DNA of 64,000 bases from Cyanophora paradoxa CCMP329 (lineage: Eukaryota > Plantae > Glaucophyta): NCBI GenBank assembly GCA_004431415.1, contig QPMI01000494.1, positions 372,001-436,000 of the forward strand. The letters run 5' to 3'. The translations under genes were made by a program, and so were the position numbers. The notes below the pieces were generated by a model. The model saw only the letters and a program-made list of their open reading frames with translations. It was not told the DNA's origin and ran no database searches. Shown here piece after piece: positions 23,746 through 36,843 of this stretch. Numbering within the stretch: position 1 is the stretch's first letter; every line of letters starts with the position of its first letter.

Positions 23746-26681
23746 CCCGCCTTCCTTTTCCCCCGCCACAGGGCCAAGGACACCAACGCATCAGGCCCTC
23801 TTACGCTTCAGATTGATCGCTTGATTGATCCTCTTACGGGTAGAACGACAAGCTGATAGCTAGGTTGTGGTAGCAAGCTAAGGTAGCAGAGCATTAGAGC
23901 AAGATAAGGAGCCCCCCCCCCCCCCCCCCCCCCCCCCAGTCGACAAAGACGACGGGGCGGCTGTTGTTGTCCTTTAATACGAACATTGCCCGGTTGGGAT
24001 TTTTTTGCAAATACAAAAATCACGGCTTGTGCGCGCCTCGCCGTTTGAATACAAGGGGGGCGTCCGTGAGGTCGGAGGGTCTAGGAGATGGTGCCATGTC
24101 CATGGGGGCTACCGTAGTACCAGACCACACCACAGTGCAGCCGTCATGCCGGACATGGCCGGACATGGGGATGAGATAAACCGAACTCCGGCCTCGATCC
24201 ATGCAGCTGCGGCCACTGCACAGGAGTCCCTGCCATCAGACCTAGGCGAGGTCAGCTCGAAAACCGGCGTGAAGCGCCACTGGTGCTTCGAATTCGCCTG
24301 CAGAGCCAGCTCCGCTGGCTAGCCAAGGCGTGGCTACGGGCGGCTAGCCGGCCACTCCCCCTCGGCCCCCGCCCCTCTCGCCCTGCGCCGCCCCGTCCTA
24401 GCGCTGTTTTCGGCGCCCGGCGCCCGGCCGGAGCGCACCACAAGCAGGCGGAAGGTGGATTCGATGATCGTGATGTCTGCCTTGGCCATCTCGGCACGCG
24501 GCCGATCGCGAGGTGCACCAGATCTAGAAGCTCAATCGCTGCGGTGCCTCGCCGATCTTCGCGTTTGAATTCTGAAAATATTAATGCAGCTCGTCGCGAT
24601 CAATGCCTCTGTTGACCGAAGGCGGCCGCGATGCTCGGGGTACCAAATTAAAGATCGTGAATCCGATCCGACTCCCCAGCAGGCGAGGGACGTTGACAGG
24701 CTGCACCCGCAGCTCTGGCTCCACTAATAAAAGGGGGGTCGCCGCGGCGCCGGAGCCTGCTTCAGCCTGATTTTAAATCAGGCGCAGCTTATAAAAATAT
24801 AATTAAATCAGGCGGAGACAGGCTTGAATCAGCTGCAGGCCGACTCGTCAGCCTGACTCCAGCCTGATTCCTAAACAGGCTAGCATGATTTCTATACCTG
24901 ATTCTGATGGAAGGGCAATAAGTGCGACTACTCACACTGGGCTGACTATCGCAAGCACCCTCTCCCATCACGATGATTCCGTATCTGCGGTTCGGACCGG
25001 GAACCGTTGAACTAGTCAGGCTGAATCAGGCTTATTATGAGCGCGCGAGCACACATAGACGCATCGGAGCTCAGTGACTCGCATCCGCACAGAAGCACTG
25101 TACATGATCTACATCAAAACATGTAGACCGTGGACTGGCACTAGTCTAAACATGTCGACTTTAGCCTAGAAAGCCCTAGACTGCCCTTAGTAGCCTACTA
25201 GCCCTGGCCGCCTAGGCCGCCTAGGCCGGGTAGCAGGCCCTACTACCCTAGCTATAGCCGCCTAGGCCGGGTAGTAGGCCCTAGGGCCCAGGCTAGGGGC
25301 CCAGTACTAGGGCCAGACCCGGCCAGTAGCAGGGGACCACCCTGGTCCAGGGTTCGCCGCCCAAAACTTTTGGAAAAAGAATGCAAAAATTAGGGGCAGT
25401 AGGGTCCTGTAGGGAGCCTGAGTCCGAGCCTCGGCCGCCGGGCCCTTTTTTTGCAAAAGTGGACGTCGCATTGATACACCACGGCACATGTATCAATGTT
25501 CTACGTGACGTGCCCTTCCGACCGGTCATCTATCTAGCCGAAGACGCTAGCTAGGTGCCTGCCATGGGTCGCTCAGTATGGGAGGTTCGCCTGAGTGGGG
25601 GAGCCATGGTTTTCGGTGATAGCCGTCCTCGGCCGCCGGGCCCGCGGCTGGCCGCCTAGCCTGGCACTGGCTGGCGGTCACTGAGTGGCTGGCACAGGCT
25701 GCCAGAGGCTGGCCATGCCAGCTGCAGCCTGCAGCTGGCAGCTGCAGCCTGCAGCCTGGCTGACTTAGTGAGCGGCGAGCCTGAGGCCCTGAGCCTGGGC
25801 CTGAGGCCCTGAGCCTGCAGCCTGCAGGCTGCCGCCGCCTGCCGGCGCCGGCGTGCCACAGACTAGGCCCACAGTCACTGAGTCGGCCCACAGACTGGGC
25901 CCGGCCACAGTGCCCCACAGTGGGCCCACACTGGCCCCACAGACTCCCGGGCCCCGGCCGCACTCACTGAGTCTAGGCCATGAGTCAGTGACTGGCACAC
26001 TGACTGTGGCAGTGCAGCCTGTGCAGGCTGTAGACGCTGTACTGTCTGTACATATGCATGTGCAGCGGCACTGCCGCAGTGCAGCCCGCGGCCGGCGAGC
26101 CGCACTGCGAGTCTGCGACTCGCCGACTCGGCGAGTCGGCGCGCGAGACTGCGACACACTGATCATGACTCATGAGTCATGACAGACAGACTCTCAGACT
26201 CTGAGACTGCGGCCATCAGACTCTGAGACAGGCCCGCACTCAATGGATCACTGACTCAGTGACTGCGGCAGCCTGCCGCAGTGCTGCAAATTGCAATTGA
26301 AATTGGGCCCTGTTAGGGCCCTAATTTAGGGGCCCTTCATTCATGGCATTGGGCAGGGGTACTACGGTACGAGTGCCAGGGGTAGTCCCGCCGAAAATTT
26401 CGCATTCATGTTTGCATCAATTGCTTAATCTAGAATATTAATTACCTGATCGACAAAAACCTGCGTTTATTTAATTTATCAAATCATTACAATCACGGGC
26501 ATTTATTATCTAAATTCGAATTCATCTATCAAAACTAAGTTAAATTATCAAAGTTAATGTTAAATCAAAACTTGAAAGGTCGATTGCAAAACGTTAATTG
26601 CATAATCGAACTTGCAATTGCAACTTGCAAGTTGCAACCGTTCGCAAGGCTTCAAGTTCGCGACGAAGCTTTACCGTAGTA

Positions 26682-26932
26682 CCGTGTAACACAAAAATAT
26701 GGCTGACAGATTTATGTCGTTATAAAACTTGACCCTTCTCTTGGTGAAATATGACGGTACCAAATTATGTCGTCATGAACTTTTCAGGCTTGTATGGGGC
26801 GGTAAATTGTATGGGGTACCACTGAGAGTGTCCTACTATGACGGTCCCAAATTATGTCGTTATTTCACGTCCGAAGCGACATAATTTGGTACCGACATAG
26901 TAAAGTGCCCATCATATTATTGTGTTATACGG
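26682..26932. mobile_element. TA-targeting MITE, 251 bp (same family as 11754-12004)
   Basis: TA|CCGTGTAACACAAAAATATG ... CATATTATTGTGTTATACGG|TA; internal AAATTATGTCG repeats; core AGGCTTGTATGGGGCGGTAA at 26786-26805. Confidence 0.8.
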
Positions 26933-27470
26933 TAGTACGTTCGCGCGTTCACGCCGCATTCACGGACCTTATAACTTATAAAGTAATAAAAAGTTATAAT
27001 TATCATGATTATCATAGTATCAGGGTTGCGTCACAACTTGCGTGGCGCAAATTCCGCGCAATACGTGCACGTGCACGCGTACGTGCACTGACTCTGCAGT
27101 GACTCTGCACTGAGTCTGCAGGCCGCAGAGTCTGCAGTGACTCTGCACTGACTCATCAGTGACTCTGCCACTAGTACTGAGTCTGCACTGACTCTGCACT
27201 GAGTCTGCAGTTGCAGCCGCCGCCGGCGCGGCCTCTCACTGAGTCAGGCTCTCAGATCTAGACTCTAGTATACGTAGAGTCTGCAGCTCAGTCTGGCCCA
27301 GTGGCAGGCACTGGCAGCCCGGCACAGTGGCACTGCGGCAGCGCCGGGCCGCGGGCAGCCTGCCATGGCCAGCTGGCAGCTGCTGCAATGAGTTCGACGC
27401 AGTTCGTTAACGGATCGACCATAATAATACTAGTAGATCGCTCAGGGCGTTTTCCCCATGCGCGGCGACT

Positions 27471-27686
27471 TGGAATTAGGTAATTAGATAATTAGGGGTC
27501 TTTCGTCGACGAGGGGAGGGGTACGGCCTCCAAACTAGTTCGGGACAGGCCGAGCTAATTAGCCGGAACTCGAGGAGGTCCGGCCCGACCTCCTCGAATT
27601 CCAAGCTAATTCGATTTTTACCGGTTCGAGGATCGTCCGCAAAAAAAGGTGCGTGTTCGACCTAATTACCTAATTACCTAATTCCC
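27471..27686. repeat. Small inverted-repeat element with (TAATTAGG)n arms
   Basis: GGAATTAGGTAATTAGATAATTAGG ... CCTAATTACCTAATTACCTAATTCC inverted arms; TSD ambiguous. Confidence 0.45.
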
Positions 27687-28490
27687 GACTACGGCAAGTC
27701 CTACATGGGCCTGTCATGGGGAAAACGGCCTCAATTATTATGATGGCCGCCGGCCGGCCCGGCGCCGGGCAACGGCGGGTCCGACTCGTCCGACTCAGTA
27801 CTAGTCCGACCGTCCGACACGGTCCGAGGCTCCGAGCTCGAGTCGTCCGACCGGCCGCGCGCCGGCCCGGCGCCGCGCGCGCGCGGCCGCGCGCGGCCGA
27901 CCCCGGCGGCCAGCTTGCAATTGTTCATCCAGTCGGCAACTCGGCGCGCTTCAAGCTTCAAAGGCTTTGCGCGCGGCCGCGAGCGCTAACAGCGTATAAT
28001 AAGCACGAACAATCGCCCCAGGCCGACTTCGTCTCCATGGCCAGCTGCAGCCGCTGAGCGCACTATACTCAGCTTCCAAAGTTCGACAAGCTCGAACAGG
28101 ACAAGCCCGAGCAGCCTTCACCGAACGCGCAAACTTCACCGAATGCGAGCGAGACTAGGCAAGACGATGTATATGCCGATATCGATGGGCAGGTCGCGGC
28201 CGCGGCCGGCCGCGACCGCGGCCACGGTAGTCATGATCAGCTGCAGCAGCTGCGCTGGCCATGGGCGAGGCGAGGCGCCAAGTCAGCGCCGACTCCCGGG
28301 ACGAGGCGAGGCGCAATTGCAAAGCCAGCTCACGCAAAAACATGTGCGTGCATGATCACGATATGGCGCCCGGCTGATCATGCATACATATGTATATATT
28401 ATATATACGTTCGCATGTGCTCGTGTGCACGAGCTCGAGCTGCTTAAAGCTTCTTGTGTGCTTATCATATTCATCCGTACGCGTATGATT

Positions 28491-31400
28491 ATGCATGTGC
28501 AGTTGCCGCGCCCAAGAGTCGCTGGACATGCATATTCCATCCGTGCATATCTATGCTTTGCAATCGCCCTTTTCGTCGTCAGTGCGAGCATCTATACAGT
28601 CAAGGCCCAGTCAGAAGCAACCGGTGCGCGCGGATATCGATGTTTTTCAGATCATCGACTCCCTCTCACCAGCAGCACTGCGCATGCAGCTGGAGTTTCA
28701 CTTACTATCAGCGAGGTTCTCATTCCCGAGTCGACAAGAGCAGGCTTGAGCGGAGTGCAATCCGCCGGAGGCCAAACCGTCGCGCTCACTCCCGACGGAT
28801 CCGTTCTCGTTCATGGGGGCACCCCTTTCTCGACGGCAACGTGGGGCTCCTCGTCCCATTCCTGCAGTGGGTATCTGTCCGATCCCTCGTCTGGTACCTT
28901 ATGCGTTGCCTCGCAATCATCCGTCGTGGAGTTCATCCCTTCGAATTCGGCGAGCGGCCGTCTTCCGGCGCCAGCCCTCGCGGTCGCATGCACTAGTACT
29001 GCGACCGTGGACCAGTATGGCAACACCCTTCAGCCATATACGGTCTTCATCGGATTCATGGCCTGCTACTCGCTCAGTCCATATGTGATGCCTGGACCGC
29101 TCCCTGTTAACGTGGATGTGAGTTCCTGGTCGTCGGCGTCTTCGGATATAGTGACTGTGATGACCGCGTCCCGCGACGGTTATTTGCTGGCAGTCGGCTG
29201 GCAAAGCGGAGGCATCACGTGCGCTCGAGCTCATTGGCGAAATTTATCTGATCTGAGCAAGTTCGCAGCGTTTATAATTTGTCGCCCTCTGGCCCGATCG
29301 GCGCAGTCACCTATGGCTGGGTTCTGGTGGGATCAGCGACGGCTCCGGATCCACTCAACCCCGGCGCCGTAGTGGACCTGCAATTCATGATCACTGCTGA
29401 CGGAAGGCATTCTCTGGTGTCAGCTCACCAGCAAACCTCTTCCGAGTTCACCACAATAAGGTGCGATGGTTGATTAATATTCATGATCAAGTTACATATA
29501 TGCAAGTGCAAATTGGGACGAACTGCTCGCAGGGTCTGTACATTATCGGACGGAGCTGGGAATACTCCAACGCTCCAGCCGACTCTCACAATCACGACCG
29601 AGGGCACATCGCTGGCCTTCGCGCCTGACGGCTCCTTCCTCGTCTCTGGCGGGAGCTCGCTCCTGCGAGTCTGGAGCACGGCCGACTTGACCGAACGTAC
29701 AGCGCCGCTCGACGAGCAGTTTGCAGCGCGGGTCGTCGCCGTGTCGCCCGACGGCAAGATAGTCGCAGCAGGCGGGACCGGCGGGGCCATCACGTTGTGG
29801 GACCCCAAAGATATGAGCCGAATCGCGACGGTCAGCTTGACCGGAGGCGCAGCAGGAGCCGTTGTGAATGCCCTTGAGTTTGTGCCTGCCAGCAGCAGTG
29901 GAAGCTCGCAGCTGCAGCTCGTTGCTCTGACGTCCTGGGGACCAAATATCTGGAGGTTGTCGCCACGTCCTTCCGTCACCTGGCCAAGCACATCTTGCGA
30001 ATCCCCTGCAGATCCACTACCCACCTTCTGGATGCTCTCAAAGGCGCTCCCCGCTGCCGGAAAGTTCGCCGCAGTGAGCCCCGACGGTTCGAAGACAGCA
30101 ACCTGGAACAAAATTGTCAACACGGCGACTTGGACTTCAAAAGACCTGAGCTTCGTGTACGGGCAGCCTGTCGCTTCAACTGAGTTCACCTCTACCTCGA
30201 TGCCCAGCGACACAATGTACCCCATCGTGTTCTCGAATGACAGCTCCCGCATCTACTACCGGGAGGCGACGTCTTTTGATGGGAACGTGGTCCTCCGAGG
30301 CACCATACGCGCCATGAACGCAACGACCGGTGCTCAGACGGCGATCGGGTATTTGACCACGTATGGAGGCATGTATGAGAGGGTGTCGTCTGCGATGGCG
30401 ATATCGCACGACGGACTGGAGTTGGCGCTGGCCATGGATGAGAATTACGACGCAAAGAAGAATTACAAGGCCGTCTGGTGACTCCGCTTCCGATTGCAAT
30501 TGGTCAGGCTTGTAGAGAATTGGCTCGAATGCTGAATTCTGTTTCGCAGTATTTATAGCGCCCCTGGAACCGTTCCGCAAATGGAATTCCCCTGGCAAAC
30601 GTTTCGGCTCGACCACCTTCCAAGCTCGCCGTACGCTGTCATCACGGCTCTCGTGTTTGCACGAAGCAACGATCGAGTTATAGTAGCTGACAGCATTTCT
30701 TCATCTATCGGGTGCGGGCGAACGGCTCCTATAGTTTTTTGATTTTTTCGCCGTAGAGTAAGCTTAAGAGCTGACCGGCGGCGGGGATCCGGCAGGATTT
30801 GCGTGCGGTCCTGGAAGGTTGACGCCGAGAGCGTACTTAACACCACATCGAGCTGTGATAGGCAGGAACTCCTTACGCAAGGGCAGATCCCAGCGCATGC
30901 TAGCGTGTATGCGCTAGCCCTCTCACCTGACGGGACGCTGCTATTTTCCGGCGGTTCAGAATCGGATAGACTGGTCTGCGTCTGGAGAATGTCTGACTGG
31001 CAGCTTCAGCGGTGCATGCCGGGCCACGCCGGCAGAATCACTGCTCTGGCCTCGGTTTCCATCGGCTCCAGAATTCTACTCGCTAGTGCTTCAGCACAAG
31101 ACGCGGCCTCAACAAATCCGAGTTATGCAATCAAGATATGGGACGCATCTACGGGCTCGCTGCTCACGACGCTGTTCGACAACGCCCAGCCCATGATGTA
31201 CATCTCGTCTCTCTCCTTCGCTCCCGGCGGAAAGTTCCTCGTGTCCGCTGATCTGAGCAATCTCGTTCGGAAGTGGGACTCCGCTCTGGATCCGGTGACC
31301 TTGATCGAGGCGGCGGCAAGATGTGCGTCGCTCTAATTCGCGATCGTGTTTGCATTGCGGATGTGGTAATATATTCTCAGGCTCTGGAACAGCTTCGGAA

Positions 31401-34400
31401 TACGTACTCGGCTCTACCATCGCAACTTTGAAGGGGCACACAAGCGCAGTCGCCACCCTTGCCATTTCCAGCTCGATTTCGGCAGTAGGTTCGGGTACTT
31501 CTTTGACGGGTGGGATATCGATGTCGATGACATACGATATGAATATTACTTCCTTTGGAGCGGATCAGAAGGCTATCTTGTACTCGCTGTCTGCAAGAGT
31601 ATCGCCAGTCTCCTCCATCATCGAACCGGCGGTCATGGTCGCATGCGATTCTGGTCCCAGGCCTCTCTTTCCGAGTGCTTCAGCGGTCTCGGCGGTGTCC
31701 CCAGATGGCGCGCTCGTCGCGGTCGCTGGGGCGTGTCCCGAATATGTCATCCGAGTCGTAGACATTGCGACGTCCTTGTCTGTTGTAAGCCTAACGTCAA
31801 TATCAGTACCTATGATGGCACAGCCCAACAACGTCGCCTGGTCTGGGAGTGGGCGGAAATTGGCGGCTTCATACACCGGTAACGTAATGTAAGCCTAACC
31901 TTTTCGGACTTCGATTCCACCGAGATATTGTTTTTAACGACGACGGTTTCTGCGTTCACAGGGTCTGGTTTTTCGGAGACAGTCTCGCCTCAGGGGTCGG
32001 AGGGCCTTTGCCTTTGTACTGGCCTCCTAGTAATGGAGCTGAATACGACATGACGTATTCGAATGCACCTGGGGGGCGCGTTGCATTCTCTCCGGACGAG
32101 AATGCTCTGGCGGGATACAAAGGGAGCCAGCTCAGGTCAGCTGAAAACCTTGCGCGATATCCGCTGCCCAGATCTGTTGATATTTTGCATCCAGCGTCTG
32201 GGACATCTCTAATACATGGCCGAAAGCGGACGGCAATCTTCCGCTCAATGCCGCCATCAACGATTTAGCCTGGTTTTCGAGCTCGAGCGGCGCGGTCATC
32301 GTCGTGGCACTTGACAACGGGAACGTTGACTTGTATGCGTACAGTGTCCAGGCCACAGAGGCAGCGTTACCGAGTGTCGTCTTCCTACTGATTCGACAGC
32401 TGCAACCAGCGGCGGCTGGTCTAGTAATGCGGACCGCGCGCCTGGCCCTGTTCCCGAACTCCAGCTTGCTGGTTCTAGGAGGAGAGCTGAGCAATTTCAA
32501 CTGGACGGTTCAATTCTGGGACGCCGAATCGGGCGAGCTCTTGGCGATGAGCTCGGAGCGTGCTTCCAACATTACTGCACTGTCCGTCTCCTCGGACGGG
32601 AGCGCCGTGTTAGCCGGGGATTCCAGCGGGGGCATCCAAGTCTTGGCTGGTCCCACTTACGAGCCACCAATTGCCAACGATAAGGTGCTCATGATCATTC
32701 CCCTTGACTTCCTCTATGCGAGCAAGCAAGACCATCGACGTGCTCCGCTGCATGCGCAGATCAGAGTCGCGCTGTCGCCGATAAAAGTCGAAACAACATT
32801 CTCTCAAGCACGCGACCCTTCGTATCTCGCTAATCCTAGCGGAATGGCAGTCAGCCCCGACGGCAAATTACTTGCATTTAGTTCCTATCTTTGGAATACA
32901 TCTGACTTCCAACCTCGTTTCGACAATTACTTCTGCCCGCCCATGGGGACCAGCGCACACGCTTTCATACCCCCTTCGCCATTCAGCAACGGCATTTCCC
33001 TGCTGGCGGTCGTCTGCCTCTCCGAGACATTTTCAACAGATACGATTCGCTTATACTCGACCCAAGACGGGCAGGAAATCCAGAGCATCGCAATCAGCAA
33101 CAGCGCCGACGCTGGACGATTCGAAGTGATGACGACGTCTGCGGACGGCCTCCTCCTCGCCGCGGCCTCTCACAAAGGAGACATTCGGTGCGCTTGACAG
33201 CTCTTCATGGCTTCATCCTTACGCGAATTCCGCTAAGAAGTTTTCTGCAGCATTTGGCGGGCTTCCGCAACCGGCTGGACCTTTGCCTCGACGTTCGGCG
33301 TTCCAACCTTTTCGTTAACAGACATGAAGTTTTCTCCAAATGTGGCAGAGTACATCCTCGCTACTGCTCACCAGAATATTGTTTCCTCTAACAGCGGAAA
33401 CAACATACGGTTCGTTTGAGTTCAACTGTCCTGCGATCGTATTCCGCCTGCAGCTGATTTACATGTACATATGCTCGCAATCGACAGAATCTGGACATCG
33501 GTACTCACCAGTCCTCGTTCAACCGATCTTATTACCGACTATACAGCCTCGACTTTGGCGTTTTCACCCGACGGCTCATTCCTCGTCGCTGGCGCTTTAA
33601 AATCTATTTATCTATGGCGGATCCCTTCAGATGTTGCTCTTGCTGTAAACCCATTGCATTGGACCAAAGAAAGCTCGGCCGCTCCCACTCAGCCCTTCGC
33701 TCTGGCGGTTGCTCCCGGCGGACGGCTCATCGCGACTGGAGGCGGGTGCTGCTGCACTCCACACAGATGCGACAACACCCTTCGGATCTGGGACTCTACA
33801 AACCTCACTCATCTCGCAAGCACTGCCAGCGTCCCGGCAACGTCGCTCGCCTTCTACCAGACCACGGGCGGTGCCCTTCGAATCATTTCCGTAAGCAATA
33901 CGCATACGAGCGTCTGGGCCGCGAAGACCACCAACCTGCAGCTGCCGCCGCCTCCTCCCCCTTACGTGCTGCCTTCTCCGACGCCCACGCCCCTCCCAAC
34001 GCCATCGCCTTCCCCCCCTCCGACGCCGACGCCCATCCCCGTCTTCAAATTCTGCGACAAGCTGGATACGACCGGCAGCGAATCTGACGTGAACGAGGGG
34101 GACGCCTTGTGTGTAGAGGCGACGCAAGTGAAGAAGTACGACAGCCTGGTCGAGGGCGAGAATTTTGTCAACGCAATGTCCGACGTCGAGCGGGGCCCTG
34201 ACTTCAATATTGCTCTCTCTGTGGGCGTTCAGCAGTTCTCGTTCAGCAACGCGCGGACCGCTCTTCCGTACTTCTACGGCAGGCAATGCCACTTCAGTTT
34301 TTCTGATTCGAATAATAATTATTTCTCGTATTCGGGACCGGTCGCCTGGATCCCACCTACCACAAATATTATAATCAATAGGACGGACACCTATTATGCT

Positions 34401-36150
34401 CTTGCCTGCCAGAATTCAGCGACAACCTTCTACATCAGCTTCTTGAACCTCAAAACCCCCGACTATTCGGATGCGTTCGCGTGCTTTTTTGACATCACGG
34501 AGGGTGACTTCGTCGACCTGATCTCTCCTTCACGCGATGGATCGCTGCTTGCTGCAGCCTCCCGAAAGGGAACCATATGGTGCGAGACATCGATATCGCG
34601 CTTAACATGGATTTAACGATGCCCGCTAAGCCCACATTTGAGCTAAGCTATTAAACTATATGTGCATATGCTGAACCAGCTGCGTGCAGGCTGATCGATC
34701 TCTTCGCGCAATCGTGCGCCCTCCGGTCTGTCTTCGGCACGCCGGGGCCCGCGGACTCGACGGCGGACCTGCGGTTCTCGCCCGACGGGGCGCTGCTCGC
34801 CTCGGCGCACGTCGAGGGCGACACGCACACGATCCGGTGCCCGGCGCAATTGCGCCGTTAATGTTGAATTTGAAATGCAGGCTAATCAGAAAGCCCAACG
34901 GCAGGCTGTGGAATCTATCAATCGCTGCAACGTCCGGACCGGCGGCAGCAGAGCAAAGTCGCGTTCTGTCCGGCCACACCGACAATATCACTTCACTTGC
35001 CTTCGCTCCCAGCAATTCCTTCCTCGTCTCGGGCTGTGTCGACCGGCAACTGCGCATATGGAGCACAGCAGACTGGAGCTCGTTCAGTGTACTAGCGCCT
35101 GCGCCGATCACTGCCGTGACGGTCTCTCCCGGCAGCGACGTCATCGTGACGGGTGAAACCTGCGAAAAGTTTGATGGCAACTTTGCGACGCAGCCTTCGT
35201 CGGGCGGGCCCTGCGAACCCGTCGTTCGTCTGTGGAGCGCGCAGAGTCGTCGCCTGCTTGGGAATTTGACTGGATTCAGTTACTCAACTCCAGTGTCGAT
35301 TTCCCGAATAGCATTTTTCAACAGCACGATATCGATTAATCAAACTCTACACCTGATGTCGTTTGATCCGGTCGGTGCGATGATGTGGTCAGTAAGCATA
35401 ATTCCAGCAGCACATTCGCCCAGCCCTTCGCCCAGCCCGTCGCCTAGCCCGAGCCCTTCGCCCAGCCCCTCGCCGACGAGGACGCCGAGCCCGTCCCCAA
35501 GGCCGAGCCCGTCGCCCAGCCCCTCGCCCAGCCCAAGCCCGTCGCCCAGCCCGAGCCCTTCGCCAAGCCCCTCGCCCAGCCCGAGCCCCTCGCCCAGCCC
35601 GAGCCCCTCGCCCAGCCCCACGCCTCGCCCCGCGGTTCCGCTGCCTCCGTTCCTCTACCGTGGATGCTTCGAATTCGGAAAAGACCTGCAGACCATCGAA
35701 CTCGTCGACCTTGCATACATACCCGGAGATGCTTCTAGGCCGTACCTGTACGCATTCGAGAAGTGCGCTCTGAAGGCGTCGTCCATCGGAGTGCGGTTCT
35801 TCGCGCTGTCGGACTCGGGGGCGGCGTGCTACGCCGCGTACTCGATGGACGCCGCCTCGCGGCTCGGGCACTCTGCAGAGTGCTCCCCGTGCTCCGATGC
35901 CGCGTTGTTCACCTGCGGTGGCCCAGGGTGCGGCTTAACATTCGTCGATGGAACAAAATTCGAGATAACCGGCTCGCAGCTCGATTTCCCTGTTCGATTT
36001 CCAGCCCGAGCTCGCCGGACAGACCCCGGTGCCTCAGCCTGGCGTCGGCCAGACGTGCGCGGTCAAGATGTGCGTTGCAAGGCGCTCCGCCTCGTTCAAA
36101 GGGTGATGGGAGGGAGTAAAAAGCGACAAGCAATTGCAACACCAAATTAA
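28491..36150 (+). CDS. Large secreted/surface multi-WD40 beta-propeller protein with Pro/(SP)n linkers and a C-terminal WSC-like domain (multi-exon; 3' end approximate)
   Basis: N-terminal hydrophobic segment [20 protein letters not shown]; many WD40 blades ([16 protein letters not shown]...[14 protein letters not shown]...[18 protein letters not shown]...LRIWS); PSPTPTP and (SP)n linkers; YRGCF...C...FFAL...CY...C.PC...TCGG motif typical of WSC. Confidence 0.75.
35415..35622 (+). repeat. Coding (Ser-Pro)n repeat
   Basis: TCGCCC/AGCCC(N) hexamer tandem translating to about 30 SP dipeptides in ORF 34684-36150. Confidence 0.9.
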
Positions 36151-36843
36151 TTTATCGCTCTATTTGATTTATGTGCACGTGATCATGACATTCAATCGTG
36201 GATGACATGATCAACGGTTCGGCCGCGGGGGACTCTGCCCCGATGTCGATCATAATGTTCCATGATCACCATATTCTTCATTCTTATTTATGCACCACGG
36301 TATTGCAGCAAGTGCTTCTCACAGTCTATCGCTTTTTCACTTTTTTGTTTGAAGTCCTATAAGAGATGGTACAGAGCTAGCTATATATATAGTTAGCTAT
36401 ACATGCAAGCCAACGGTCGCTTGGTTTTTGAACACGTAAGCCAGCACGGGTTTTGTTGACCGCATCAGAGTTGCTAGCCAGTATCGCTTGGTTCTTATAT
36501 TAGCCACTGCCAGCCAGCAGGTGCAGCAGTGCACTGTCAGCATCTTTAACTGTCAGCTGCAAATGATCTTTTCGTAGCCAGCACTGTCGAACACCACAGA
36601 CGTGCCAGCATGGTCCTAGCCAACAGTAGTTCGTAGACGTGGATAGAGCGATATCGATAGACAATCAGTCACGTGAGTGATCATGACGATAGAGCGATAG
36701 AGTGATCATTCAGTTAGAGAATCCCATAAGAGGCTGGGTTCGTGAATTTATACATAAGAGACTCCATAAGAGGCTCGCGAGGCGCGGCGAGGCGAGGCCT
36801 AGGGCCGGGGGGGTCGTGAGAAGGCCGCTGGCCATGGCCAGGG

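Noticed and set aside
36322-36704. Possible MITE with CAGTCTATCGCT / AGCGATAGAGTG ends and AGCCAGC repeats (similar weak cases at 24690-25030 and 58725-59145)
   Set aside because: TIRs short or imperfect and no TSD identifiable.
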